Shown piece after piece: positions 28,135 to 37,749 of a DNA stretch of 64,000 nt. The stretch lies in NCBI GenBank assembly GCA_024231215.1, contig JAAEQR010000195.1, forward strand, positions 142,755 to 206,754, given 5' to 3'. This DNA is from PVC group bacterium (lineage in GTDB: Bacteria > Omnitrophota > Gorgyraeia > B26-G9). The translations under genes and the position numbers were made by a program. The notes under the pieces are model-generated. The model had not been told where the DNA came from and did no database searches. It saw only the letters and a program-made list of their open reading frames with translations. Numbering within the stretch: position 1 is the stretch's first letter; each line of letters begins with the position of its first letter.

Positions 28135-29622
28135 ATGTTACGTATAGGGCTTATCTCATTCCTCACTAATAACTTGAGTATTCGGTTGCTTTCAGCTTAT
28201 TTAAAACAAAATGGAGTTGAAGTTATATCTATTTTTTGTCCGCCTGATTTTAATGAAAAAAAAGCCAAAGATATCATGGATATTCTAAAAGAGCACGATG
28301 TAATGCTTGCCGGAATAACACTGGTTACAGATGATTATAAAAAAGCTGTTGTGCTTACTCAAATGATTAAAAGCCGTCTTAATATCCCTGTGATTTGGGG
28401 CGGAGCACATCCAAGTGTATTGCCGCAGGAGTCTCTAAGGCATGCGGATATGGTCTGTATCGGAGAAGGTGAAGAAGCATTATTAGAATTGATCAAGAGT
28501 TTGTCTTTAGGGGAGAGGAACCAAAGCATAAAGAATATTTGGTTTAAGGATGGAGACAATATAGTAAAAAATGAGTTAAGGGATTTAACCGAAGACTTAG
28601 ATGAATACCCTTTTCCTGACATGGATTGGAATTCACAGATAGTTATAACAGAAAACGGCGCTGAGAAAATGCACGAAGATCACTTCCAGGGAGAGTATAA
28701 TATTATCACCTCTCGTGGCTGCCCTTATTCATGTTGTTATTGTTACAATAGTTACCGAAGGCAGCAGTATAAAGGAAAAGGTAAGTATTTACGCATGCGC
28801 ACTATTGGTAATGTGATTGATGAGTTGATAATAGCCAAGGCTCAGCTTAAGAATGTTCATTTGATCAATTTTTGGGACGATAGTTTTATGGCGAGGAGTA
28901 ATAGTGATTTTTTGTTATTCAAAGAACTGTATTCTAAGAATATAAATTTGTCTTTTTTTGCTTTGGCTGAACCGATGGCTTTTAATGAAGCGAAAGTCAG
29001 TATCTTAAGAGAATGCGGACTGGAAATGTTGCAAATAGGTATACAGACTGGCAGTGAAAGGGTAAACCGGGAAGTTTACAATCGCCGGGTAACTAGAGAT
29101 CAGACTCTGGCAACTGCGCAGGTTATTAGTCGCTTAGGGATCAAGGTTATTTATGATGTTATTTTTAACAATCCTTATGAAAACGAAGATGATTTACGAG
29201 AGACCGTAAGGCTTTTTGCAAATTTCCCGCGACCTTTTGCTTTGCAAGGATTTAACCTGATTTTTTATCCCGGGACTGAAATGGCGAAAAGGGCGTTGAA
29301 GGATGGTTTTATATCGCAAAAGGGAAATCAGGAGGATTTTTCTACAATACAAGGTCGAAAAAATTCGCCGCTTTCTTTCAAGATGAAACCGGTTATTAGC
29401 GGAAGATTTTACAGAGTTAATTATGATAGTCGGAGTAAGAAGTATTATAATTTAGTTATTTTGCTTACTTCCTATTTATGGGTTCCTCGATGGATTATTG
29501 AATTTTTTGCTAAGTCCAAAAATTTTTTGAAGTTAGTAATGTTGAATCTTTTTATCCATGCATATTCATTTCTATCTCGGGTAAAAAATAAAAAGTTTTT
29601 TGTGGATGGGAATAATGTCTGA
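28135..29622 (+). CDS. B12-binding-domain radical SAM enzyme (class B radical SAM; candidate methylcobalamin-dependent C-methyltransferase)
   Basis: N-terminal B12-binding-like region (LRIGLISFL..., ...DVMLAGITLVTDDY...). Radical SAM core ITSRGCPYSCCYCYN. About 495 aa, typical of this class. Confidence 0.65.
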   Translation: MLRIGLISFLTNNLSIRLLSAYLKQNGVEVISIFCPPDFNEKKAKDIMDILKEHDVMLAGITLVTDDYKKAVVLTQMIKSRLNIPVIWGGAHPSVLPQESLRHADMVCIGEGEEALLELIKSLSLGERNQSIKNIWFKDGDNIVKNELRDLTEDLDEYPFPDMDWNSQIVITENGAEKMHEDHFQGEYNIITSRGCPYSCCYCYNSYRRQQYKGKGKYLRMRTIGNVIDELIIAKAQLKNVHLINFWDDSFMARSNSDFLLFKELYSKNINLSFFALAEPMAFNEAKVSILRECGLEMLQIGIQTGSERVNREVYNRRVTRDQTLATAQVISRLGIKVIYDVIFNNPYENEDDLRETVRLFANFPRPFALQGFNLIFYPGTEMAKRALKDGFISQKGNQEDFSTIQGRKNSPLSFKMKPVISGRFYRVNYDSRSKKYYNLVILLTSYLWVPRWIIEFFAKSKNFLKLVMLNLFIHAYSFLSRVKNKKFFVDGNNV

Positions 29623-30592
29623 ATTAGTAAGTGTAATTATTACAAGTTATAATCATGGTGAGTATTTAAAAGAGCGTTTGGATACTATCCTGGGACAGAC
29701 TTATAAAAATATTGAAATTATTGTAGTAGATGATTGTTCGATAGATAATAGCCTTGAGGTATTAAAGGGTTATGCTGGTTATTCGAATGTGAAGGTGATT
29801 GCACTTAAAGAAAATGTCGGATATGCCCTTGCTTGCCACAAGGGAGTAGGCGAAAGTAAGGGAAATTTTATTATTTTTGCTGAATCTGACGACTTTAGTG
29901 AACCTGAGCAGATAGAAATGCTCTTTGACGTAATAGTAAAAGATGAACGTATCGGAGTTGCCTGGTGCAGAAGTAATATCGTAGATGAAAATGGAAAAGT
30001 GCTAGGTGATGATTATTCAGGACGAGAAAAATCCTTTCGTCTGATGTGCAAAGAGAGCACATTTATAAGAAAAGAATATATGCAGAGGCTTTTTTTGTCT
30101 TCTTGCGTTATTCCGAATATGAGCGCTGCGCTTTTAAGAAGGTCTTTTTTTGAGCAAACAGGGGGACTTTCTCCTAATTATAAAGCTTGTGCGGATTGGG
30201 ATTTTTGGAATAGGATGGCAATGGTTTGTGATTTTTTTTATATTACAAAAACTTTAAATAATTTTAGAACACATGGGCAAACCGTAAGGAATACTTTTGA
30301 ATCAAATCTTCAGGCACAAGAGATTCTTAAACTTACAGCTGATGCCAGCAATACGGTTTATTCAACGAGAAAAGGGCGATTAAAGTCATGTTTTAATTTG
30401 GGCTATATTGGGGCATATATGATTATTTATAGTTTAGGGAATAGGTTTAAAAATGCTATTTTTATTTATAAGGAAGGCAGTCGATATGTAGGTTTTTTTA
30501 TTTTTTTTCTACTGTTTGGGTTCTTAAAAAATTTCTGGAAATACATAGGTATGGTTTTTAATAGACAAGTATTTTTAAAAGGTTGGTTTTAA
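29615..30592 (+). CDS. Glycosyltransferase family 2
   Basis: VSVIITSYNHGEYLKERLDTILGQTYKNIEIIVVDDCSIDNS... and the DxD region FAESDDF. Confidence 0.75.
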   Translation: MSELVSVIITSYNHGEYLKERLDTILGQTYKNIEIIVVDDCSIDNSLEVLKGYAGYSNVKVIALKENVGYALACHKGVGESKGNFIIFAESDDFSEPEQIEMLFDVIVKDERIGVAWCRSNIVDENGKVLGDDYSGREKSFRLMCKESTFIRKEYMQRLFLSSCVIPNMSAALLRRSFFEQTGGLSPNYKACADWDFWNRMAMVCDFFYITKTLNNFRTHGQTVRNTFESNLQAQEILKLTADASNTVYSTRKGRLKSCFNLGYIGAYMIIYSLGNRFKNAIFIYKEGSRYVGFFIFFLLFGFLKNFWKYIGMVFNRQVFLKGWF

Positions 30593-30594
30593 CA

Positions 30595-31581
30595 ATGGGA
30601 ACAGGTAATGTGATAAAAAATACCGAAGAGTTTTATGATCAACGTTACTCTAAGGGTTATATGGAAGAATGGCCTTTAGAGCAAAAACAGAGGGTTTTTA
30701 AGCTAATCAGAGAGCTGAATTTGCCAGAAACTGGAAAAGTTTTGGATTTTGGCTGTGGCAACGGAGAATTTACAAGTGTTTTAAAACAGGCGTTACCAGG
30801 AGGGGATGTAACTGGAGTTGATATAAGTTCTGTAGCTATTGAAAATGCCCGGAAACGTTATCCTGAATGCTCATTTTCGCTGATCAGTGAGCTTAGTTCA
30901 CAGAATAAAGAATTTGATTTTTTATTCACTCATCATGTGCTTGAGCATGTAAGTGATATTGATAGCACCTGGCTTGAGATCAATAAAGTTTTAAAAGATA
31001 AAGCTCATGTCCTTCATATCCTGCCGTGCGGTAATACCGGCAGCTTTGAATATATGCTCTGCATGTTAAAGCGTGACGGAATTGAAAAAAATTTTTGTAA
31101 CAGGTTTTATTTTGAAGATAAAAGTCATTTACGGCGATTAACCTCAGCTCAAATGAATGAACTGGCATCTAAATATTCTTTTAAGTCAGAGTTTGCGTAT
31201 TTCAGCAATCACTTTTATGGGGCAATTGACTGGATCAGCTCAGCTAGGCCCGAGACAATATGGCAAATATTTAATCCGCAGAAATCTGCTGATATGTTTT
31301 CTTCTCTTAAATTGATTGGTTTCTTGATTTTATTTATGTTTATTAAAGTAATGCGTTTTCCGGCAAATACAATAGATTATAAGATAAAAAGTTTAAAAAG
31401 TTATCAGTATTACTTTTTCTTGTTAATATTTTTACTCATTTATCCGTTATCGAAATTGATAAACATTTACTTGAAGTATAAAACTCGAATAGAATGGAAG
31501 AATAATAGAAATGAAATAAACGGAAGTGAAATGTATATTTATTATAAAAAGATAGGATCTATACAAAAAGGAGGTTTTTAA
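30595..31581 (+). CDS. Class I SAM-dependent methyltransferase with a hydrophobic C-terminal tail; its last ~80 codons are duplicated at 32482-32706
   Basis: VLDFGCGNGEFTSVL (motif I), DFLFTHHVLEHV. The C-terminal ...MFIKVMRFPANTIDYKIKSLKSYQYYFFLLIFLLIYPLSKL... is repeated downstream. Confidence 0.65.
   Translation: MGTGNVIKNTEEFYDQRYSKGYMEEWPLEQKQRVFKLIRELNLPETGKVLDFGCGNGEFTSVLKQALPGGDVTGVDISSVAIENARKRYPECSFSLISELSSQNKEFDFLFTHHVLEHVSDIDSTWLEINKVLKDKAHVLHILPCGNTGSFEYMLCMLKRDGIEKNFCNRFYFEDKSHLRRLTSAQMNELASKYSFKSEFAYFSNHFYGAIDWISSARPETIWQIFNPQKSADMFSSLKLIGFLILFMFIKVMRFPANTIDYKIKSLKSYQYYFFLLIFLLIYPLSKLINIYLKYKTRIEWKNNRNEINGSEMYIYYKKIGSIQKGGF
31336..31575. repeat. Direct repeat copy 1 (about 220 bp; a roughly 100-bp core is near-identical to 32494-32590)
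   Basis: atgcgttttccggcaaatacaatagattataagataaaaagtttaaaaagttatcagtattactttttcttgttaatattttt is shared with copy 2 with only 2-3 mismatches. The flanks diverge but stay co-linear. Confidence 0.8.
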
Positions 31582-32438
31582 TGAAAAGTATGGTGGGAAG
31601 AATCACTGAAGCAGGACGTTTATTGGTCACTAACCCAAGATTGTTTTTTTTAAAAATTTATGCTACTTTGAGATCGTTGTATCCCTTATCAAAATATCCG
31701 ATCTTAAAAAAAATAAATGGAATTAACTTTGAGTTTGATTTTTCCTATGACGCTGCTATAAAACATATGTATACTGGAACTTATGAGGCAGAGACAGTTC
31801 AAGTGATGAAGAGATTCCTGAAGGAAGGAGATACTTTTGTAGATATAGGTTCTAATGTGGGTTATTTATCTGCTATCGCTGCAGGATTTGTAGGGACAAG
31901 AGGGCAAGTTCATAGTTTTGAGCCAGTACCAAAATATTTCTCAAAATTGCAAAATGTAGCTTTGCTTAACTCGCAATATAACATTAAACCAAATCAATTT
32001 GCGTTAGGGGAAAAAGATGGGGTTGCTAGGATTTCGATCACCAATCTTCCTAACATTGGATGGAATACAATTGTGCCTGGTTTTATGAGTAAAGATACAA
32101 CTAAAGAATCTATTGAGGTTTCTGTTCGTAAATTTGATGATTATGCTCGAGAGAATTCCTTGAATAAAGTTTCCTTAATAAAAGTAGATACAGAAGGCTT
32201 TGAATTTCCTGTATTAAAGGGATTCAGCAGGTTTTTTGATGATAGAAGTATTTTACCTATAGTGATTTGTGAAATTGCGCCCATGGCATATTCATTTTTA
32301 GGTTGTACGCTTGAACAGTTGTCTCAATATATGAGAGGATATAGCTATGAAGCGTTTGAGGTTACAAATATAAGCAAAAAAATAGACATCTTAGCATTGA
32401 AAAAAACTACAAATGTTATATTTATACATTCGAGATAA
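31581..32438 (+). CDS. FkbM-family methyltransferase
   Basis: FVDIGSNVGYLSAIAA...VHSFEPVPKYF...IKVDTEGFEFPVLKG are canonical FkbM-family motifs. AAAGGAGG RBS. Confidence 0.8.
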   Translation: MKSMVGRITEAGRLLVTNPRLFFLKIYATLRSLYPLSKYPILKKINGINFEFDFSYDAAIKHMYTGTYEAETVQVMKRFLKEGDTFVDIGSNVGYLSAIAAGFVGTRGQVHSFEPVPKYFSKLQNVALLNSQYNIKPNQFALGEKDGVARISITNLPNIGWNTIVPGFMSKDTTKESIEVSVRKFDDYARENSLNKVSLIKVDTEGFEFPVLKGFSRFFDDRSILPIVICEIAPMAYSFLGCTLEQLSQYMRGYSYEAFEVTNISKKIDILALKKTTNVIFIHSR

Positions 32439-32481
32439 TGTTAAATTTAAGGCATAGTTGATATAGTTATAGTGCGTATTT

Positions 32482-32702
32482 GTGTTCATTGTAATAATGC
32501 GTTTTCCTGTAAATACAATAGATTATAAGATAAAAAGTTTAAAAAGTTATCAGTATTACTTTTTCTTGTTAATATTTTTGCCTATTTATCCGTTTTCAAA
32601 ACTAATGAATTTTTATTTACAGGATAAGTCGGAACAGGAATGGAAGAAGAAAATAAATAAGAATAACGGAAGCGAAATGTATTTATACTACAAAAGGATA
32701 TT
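32482..32702. repeat. Direct repeat copy 2 (partner of 31336-31575), flanking the FkbM methyltransferase gene
   Basis: See copy 1. Confidence 0.8.
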
Positions 32703-32706
32703 ATGA
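32482..32706 (+). pseudogene. Remnant: duplicated 3' end of the 30595-31581 methyltransferase gene (74-codon ORF with no N-terminal catalytic part)
   Basis: Translation MFIVIMRFPVNTIDYKIKSLKSYQYYFFLLIFLPIYPFSKLMNFYLQDKSEQEWKKKINKNNGSEMYLYYKRIL parallels the tail of the upstream MT nearly residue for residue. Confidence 0.55.
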
Positions 32707-34484
32707 AGAATGGGCCGTTAGTTTCAATAATAACACCGTCATATAACTCGGCACGTTTTTTATCTGAAGCAGTAGCGTCTGTGTTGAATCAGACTTATCG
32801 GAATTGGGAAATGCTGATTGTCGATGACGGTTCTACGGATGACACTTTATTGCTGGCAAGAAGATATGAAGAAAAAGACAAACGGATCAAGGTGTTTGCA
32901 TTAGATCCTAGCAGTGGCGGGCCTGCGATACCAAGAAACTATGGAATGCGGCAAGCGAAGGGCAGTTATATCGCTTTTTTGGATTCCGATGATATGTGGT
33001 TTGCGGAAAAACTTCAAAAGCAGGTTGATTTGATGGAGAAGAGCAAAGATGTTTTTTTATTATATTCGCAGTGTATTGTCGAAAAAGACGGCAGGCAGTG
33101 TAGTATAAAGCCGGCAAATCCGAAGAAGGGTTGTATTTTTAATGATCTTTTATACGGAAATATCATTGCTTGTAATACAGTGATGATAAGAAATAATAAG
33201 GATGATAATGCCTATTTTTTCGATGAGGATAAAAAGCTTGTTGCCGTTGAGGACTATGCTATGTGGTTATCAATTGCCTCTAAAGAACAAATATCTTTTA
33301 TAAAGGAGCCTCTTGCTGTTTATCGAATTCATTTAGGAGGTATATCGTCTAGTGCATTTGTAAATTTTAAAAAAAGCGGCTTAGTTATTAGGAGATTTAG
33401 GCATTTAGTCTCTAAATTGACTTGGCTTAAAGTTCAAATAAATTTTTATATGAAACTTGGCTTTGTGGGGATAATGGTTTCTTTAATAAAAATTAAAAAT
33501 TTTATTATGAAAAATGCACCAGATAAGCAGAAGATAGCAGCGCTTTGCAAATTGTCATTTATTATTGCGACTGTTGATAGAGATGAGCAATTACAGCAAT
33601 GTATTAACTCAATTGAGGAAGCACATCAATTTAGGAAGGATATTTCAATTGAAATATTAATAATTATTCAAAACGCAAAGAAAAATAAAAATATCAAAAT
33701 ACGCTATCCGGAATTTACTTATATCTATCAAATAAATGATCGGGGATTATCTGTATCCAGAAATTTTGCTATAGAAAAAAGCACAGGGGATTATCTTGTG
33801 TTTTTAGACGATGATGCGACAGTAAAAATGGATTTTATTGACGAATTGACTAAAAAAATCTTAGCATATCCGAAAATTAACGCTTTTTGCGGGAAACTTT
33901 TAGACATTGATCAGCATACTCCTTTTTCAGTTCTTTTTAAAAATAACAGTATTAAAAAATTACGCAGGATAGATTACCAGTATTTTATGGGCAGCGCTCA
34001 TGTGTTAAGCCGGAGAGTTATTGAAAAGATTGGTATGTATGACAGCCGTTTTGGAGTAGGTTCAGCATGTTATGGTGGAAGCGAAGAAACGGACATGTTT
34101 TTTAGATTAAAGGCTCAGAGAGAACTAGTTTTATATTTACCCGGCTTAATTTTTTATCATCCAATCCCAGAAATGCGGCCTGAGAATGTTTATGATTATT
34201 CGTATAGCATTGGAGCAGTATTTGTAAAAAATGCGGCAAAGGATAGGCTCTTTTTTTTCATATATTTTGTGGTGGCGTGTAAAATTATATTAAAAGCACT
34301 AATACGGATATTACAGCAGGTAATTTTAGCCATATTCAATATACAGTATAAAAAAGAATATAAGTATAGTTTTGTTCTTAAGGGGCTTTTAGCTGGTATA
34401 ATTAACTACATTAGAGGTAAAAAACAAACTGTTGAAACATTGAAGGGTAAATTTAATTCTCAAGATGGAAAAACGAGGGCATAA
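32703..34484 (+). CDS. Two-domain glycosyltransferase (tandem GT2 modules)
   Basis: Module 1: VSIITPSYNSARFLSEAVASVLNQTYRNWEMLIVDDGSTDDT, FLDSDD. Module 2: LSFIIATVDRDEQL...FLDDDA. Confidence 0.75.
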   Translation: MKNGPLVSIITPSYNSARFLSEAVASVLNQTYRNWEMLIVDDGSTDDTLLLARRYEEKDKRIKVFALDPSSGGPAIPRNYGMRQAKGSYIAFLDSDDMWFAEKLQKQVDLMEKSKDVFLLYSQCIVEKDGRQCSIKPANPKKGCIFNDLLYGNIIACNTVMIRNNKDDNAYFFDEDKKLVAVEDYAMWLSIASKEQISFIKEPLAVYRIHLGGISSSAFVNFKKSGLVIRRFRHLVSKLTWLKVQINFYMKLGFVGIMVSLIKIKNFIMKNAPDKQKIAALCKLSFIIATVDRDEQLQQCINSIEEAHQFRKDISIEILIIIQNAKKNKNIKIRYPEFTYIYQINDRGLSVSRNFAIEKSTGDYLVFLDDDATVKMDFIDELTKKILAYPKINAFCGKLLDIDQHTPFSVLFKNNSIKKLRRIDYQYFMGSAHVLSRRVIEKIGMYDSRFGVGSACYGGSEETDMFFRLKAQRELVLYLPGLIFYHPIPEMRPENVYDYSYSIGAVFVKNAAKDRLFFFIYFVVACKIILKALIRILQQVILAIFNIQYKKEYKYSFVLKGLLAGIINYIRGKKQTVETLKGKFNSQDGKTRA

Positions 34485-34485
34485 A

Positions 34486-35736
34486 ATGTACACAGAGATA
34501 AATAAATGTAGGATTTGTGGTAATACTAATCTGGAGCAGGTGCTTGATTTAGGAGAGCAGATGTTGACTGGGGTATTCCCATGCGAGAAGGGTGAGAAGC
34601 TTACAGTCGGTCCTTTACGACTGGTAAAATGTATGGGAGCAGATGATGTTTGCGGGTTATTACAGCTTGAGCATTCTTATGATTCAGAAGAGATGTATGG
34701 GGAAAACTATGGTTATCGTTCCGGCTTAAATTCCAGCATGGTTGCGCATTTGCATGATAAGGTGAAAAAAATCATTGAACAGGTCGAGCTGAATAAAGGT
34801 GATCTGATCATTGATATTGGCAGTAATGATAGTACTTTGCTTCAAGCTTATCCCAGAGAAGGATTGGACCTTGTCGGTATGGACCCTACCGGTGAAAAAT
34901 TTAAGAAATATTACCCTGAACATATAAAATTAATTCCTGAGTTTTTCTCCTCAGAATCTTTTAAGAAGAATTTTGGGGAAAGAAAAGCAAAAGTTGTTAC
35001 TTCTATTGCGATGTTTTATGATCTAGAGCGACCGCTTGATTTTGTTAGGCAAGTGCATGAAATATTAGCTGATGACGGTATTTGGGTGTTTGAACAGAGC
35101 TATCTGCCCACAATGTTGGAAATGAATGCATATGATACTGTTTGCCATGAACATTTAGAGTACTACTGTTTGAAGCAAATAAAATGGATGGCTGAACAAC
35201 TTGAATTTAAAATTGTTGATGTAGAATTAAATGAAATTAATGGAGGGAGCTTTTCAGTTACTATTGCCAAGTCGACTTCTGCGTATCCTTGTAATACGAA
35301 ATTTATTGAAAAGATATTGCAGGAAGAAGCGGCCAAGGAATTGCATACTATAAAGCCCTATGATGAATTTAAAAAAAGAGTTTTAGCTAGTCGAAGTGAA
35401 TTGATGGGGTTTATTCAAAAAGTGAAAAGTGAAAATAAATGCTTATTAGGTTACGGTGCTTCTACTAAAGGTAATGTGATTTTGCAATTTTGTGATTTAG
35501 GAACAGCAGACATCCCGGCTATTGCGGAAGTAAATGTAGATAAGTATGGTTGTTATACCCCAAATACCAATATTCCTATTATATCCGAAGAAGATGTAAA
35601 AAAAATGAATCCTGATTATTTGTTGGTTTTTCCTTGGCATTTTAAAGATAATATTATTGACCGCGAAACAGAGTATTTGAATTCAGGTGGGAAATTAGTA
35701 TTTCCTTTGCCTCATTTGGAGGTTGTGCAGAAATGA
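34486..35736 (+). CDS. TylCIII/Coq-like sugar C-methyltransferase family (NDP-hexose 3-C-methyltransferase-like; N-terminal Zn-ribbon CxxC plus SAM MT plus C-methyltransferase C-terminal domain)
   Basis: MYTEINKCRICGNTNLEQVLDLGEQMLTGVFP (zinc-binding N-terminus), LIIDIGSNDSTLL (motif I), C-terminal ...LGYGASTKGNVILQ... as in the C-methyltransferase C-terminal domain. Confidence 0.65.
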   Translation: MYTEINKCRICGNTNLEQVLDLGEQMLTGVFPCEKGEKLTVGPLRLVKCMGADDVCGLLQLEHSYDSEEMYGENYGYRSGLNSSMVAHLHDKVKKIIEQVELNKGDLIIDIGSNDSTLLQAYPREGLDLVGMDPTGEKFKKYYPEHIKLIPEFFSSESFKKNFGERKAKVVTSIAMFYDLERPLDFVRQVHEILADDGIWVFEQSYLPTMLEMNAYDTVCHEHLEYYCLKQIKWMAEQLEFKIVDVELNEINGGSFSVTIAKSTSAYPCNTKFIEKILQEEAAKELHTIKPYDEFKKRVLASRSELMGFIQKVKSENKCLLGYGASTKGNVILQFCDLGTADIPAIAEVNVDKYGCYTPNTNIPIISEEDVKKMNPDYLLVFPWHFKDNIIDRETEYLNSGGKLVFPLPHLEVVQK

Positions 35737-36680
35737 AAAAAGCAGTAATTGTCGGATGTAATGGACAAGATGGTAAAGTACTCAATAAATACTTACTTGA
35801 AAAAGAGTATATAATTGTAGGGATAGACAGAGAATTTATTAGTTGCTCTGACAACCTTAGTTGTAATTCTGTTGATATTATAAATTCAAAGGATGTGTAT
35901 GATCTGATAAGTAATTTTCAGCCGGATGAAGTTTATTATTTAGCAGCATTCCATCACTCATCGGAAGATGCGACTATTGAAAATAATACATTACTTCAAA
36001 AAAGCTATGATGTCCAGGTGCGGGGATTTGCTAATTTCCTTGAGGGAATAAGGCAGTATTCTCCGCAAACTAGGATATTCTATGCTGCTTCTTCTCACAT
36101 TTTTGGCAAACCTGAAAGTGAGTTGCAAGATGAAAATACTGCAATAAATCCGACCAATATCTATGGCATTACTAAAGCTGCGGGGTTGTTCATGTGTCGT
36201 TTGTACAGAAGTAGTTATTCTGTTTTTGCATCAGCCGGTATATTATATAATCATGAATCGTTGTTCCGCGAAGAAAAATTTATTTCAAAGAAAATAATCA
36301 ATAGTGCTGTAAAAATTAAAAATAAAAGTCAGGAGAAAATTGTTATTGGCAATCTAAAGCATGAAGCTGATTGGGGTTATGCTCCGGATTATGTCAGGGC
36401 GATGCATGCAATGCTTAATATTGAAAAAGCCGATGATTTTATTGTTGCTACCGGGAAGAAGCATAGTGTTCTTGATTTTATTAAGATAGCATTTGGTTAT
36501 TTAGATTTAGATTGGCAGTTATATGTTGAAGAAAATAACTTAATAATTTCAAAAGATAATAATTGTCTCGTAGGGAATTCGCAAAAGTTGCGGGAGGTTA
36601 CGGGATGGCAGCCATCGGTTGATTTTAAAGAAATGATACAGAAGATGATTGATGAAACAACTTTAGCTGAGGAGGTTTGA
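35733..36680 (+). CDS. Short GDP-mannose 4,6-dehydratase-like NAD(P)-dependent sugar dehydratase (divergent)
   Basis: KAVIVGCNGQDGKVLNKYLLEKEY..., YGITKAAG (YxxxK), ILYNHESLFREEKFISKKI...NLKHEADWGYAPDYVRAMHAMLN parallels Gmd LYNHESPRRG...FVTRKIT...NLDAKRDWGHAKDYVEAMW. Confidence 0.55.
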   Translation: MKKAVIVGCNGQDGKVLNKYLLEKEYIIVGIDREFISCSDNLSCNSVDIINSKDVYDLISNFQPDEVYYLAAFHHSSEDATIENNTLLQKSYDVQVRGFANFLEGIRQYSPQTRIFYAASSHIFGKPESELQDENTAINPTNIYGITKAAGLFMCRLYRSSYSVFASAGILYNHESLFREEKFISKKIINSAVKIKNKSQEKIVIGNLKHEADWGYAPDYVRAMHAMLNIEKADDFIVATGKKHSVLDFIKIAFGYLDLDWQLYVEENNLIISKDNNCLVGNSQKLREVTGWQPSVDFKEMIQKMIDETTLAEEV

Positions 36681-36681
36681 A

Positions 36682-37728
36682 ATGGCGAATAATATAGCTC
36701 TTTCGATATGTATACCAACTCGTAATCGAGCCAGTTTGCTTGCTGAAACTCTTGAAAATATAATTTCGCAGGCAAATGATGCTGTTGAAATAGTAATAGT
36801 AGATGGAGCTTCAAAAGATAATACAACGGAGGTTGTAGAGCAGTTTAAGAGAAAGTTTAGTAATCTGGTATATTATCGCGGCGAAAAAAATATGGGTGTT
36901 GATAGAGATATGGCAAAAACTATTGAAATCGCTAGTGGGGAATATTGCTGGATGCTTTCTGATGATGATCTGCTTGCTTCGGGAGCAATTGAAAGAATGT
37001 TAAAAGAGATAGAATCAAAATGTGAAATATATTTATGCAATATAACGGCGTGCAATTTATATATGAAGCATTACAAGGAGATATCCTGGCTTTCAAGGGA
37101 TGTAAAAGATAGGGTTTTTAATCTTCATGATAAAAAGGAATTAGAGCAGTACTGCAATAATGCAAGATCGATTGGTGCATTATTTAGCTATATGAGTTCA
37201 ATTATAGTAAATCGTAAGGAATGGAGTAAAGTTGGATTCCAACACGATTCTGATGGCACTGCTTATGCGCTTGCTGCTTCACTCATGTCGCTTATTAAAA
37301 CCAAGTGTAGACTTAAGTACATCAAAAGCTCGCTTGTTCTTTGGCGTGGTGATAATGAAAGTTTTCAGACCCCCGGAGGATTAATAAAAAGATTCTTACT
37401 TGATCTTGACGGGTATTTAAAACTGGCCGATAAGTATTTAATAGATGATAAAAATGTGAGAAATTCATTTTTAAAGGTTATGACACGTGAACATCCATGG
37501 TATACAATTATACATGTTGCATCATATTTTAAAGATATTGAATCATGGAAAGATTTTAAGCGCAAACTAATTGCTTTTGGATATAATTCCAGCATGGTTG
37601 ATTTTTTTTATTTTTGCGGAAGGAATAAGTCTCTGGTATCCATTGCCGTTAAGATCAAGCGCAGCATAGTCCGCAGCGGAATTTATCTATGGCTAAATAA
37701 AATAAAGGGGATGCAAGACCCGGTATAA
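36682..37728 (+). CDS. Glycosyltransferase family 2
   Basis: LSICIPTRNRASLLAETLENIISQANDAVEIVIVDGASKDNT...MLSDDD. GAGGAGG RBS. Confidence 0.7.
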   Translation: MANNIALSICIPTRNRASLLAETLENIISQANDAVEIVIVDGASKDNTTEVVEQFKRKFSNLVYYRGEKNMGVDRDMAKTIEIASGEYCWMLSDDDLLASGAIERMLKEIESKCEIYLCNITACNLYMKHYKEISWLSRDVKDRVFNLHDKKELEQYCNNARSIGALFSYMSSIIVNRKEWSKVGFQHDSDGTAYALAASLMSLIKTKCRLKYIKSSLVLWRGDNESFQTPGGLIKRFLLDLDGYLKLADKYLIDDKNVRNSFLKVMTREHPWYTIIHVASYFKDIESWKDFKRKLIAFGYNSSMVDFFYFCGRNKSLVSIAVKIKRSIVRSGIYLWLNKIKGMQDPV

Positions 37729-37749
37729 TTCAGAACATATATTTTACAT

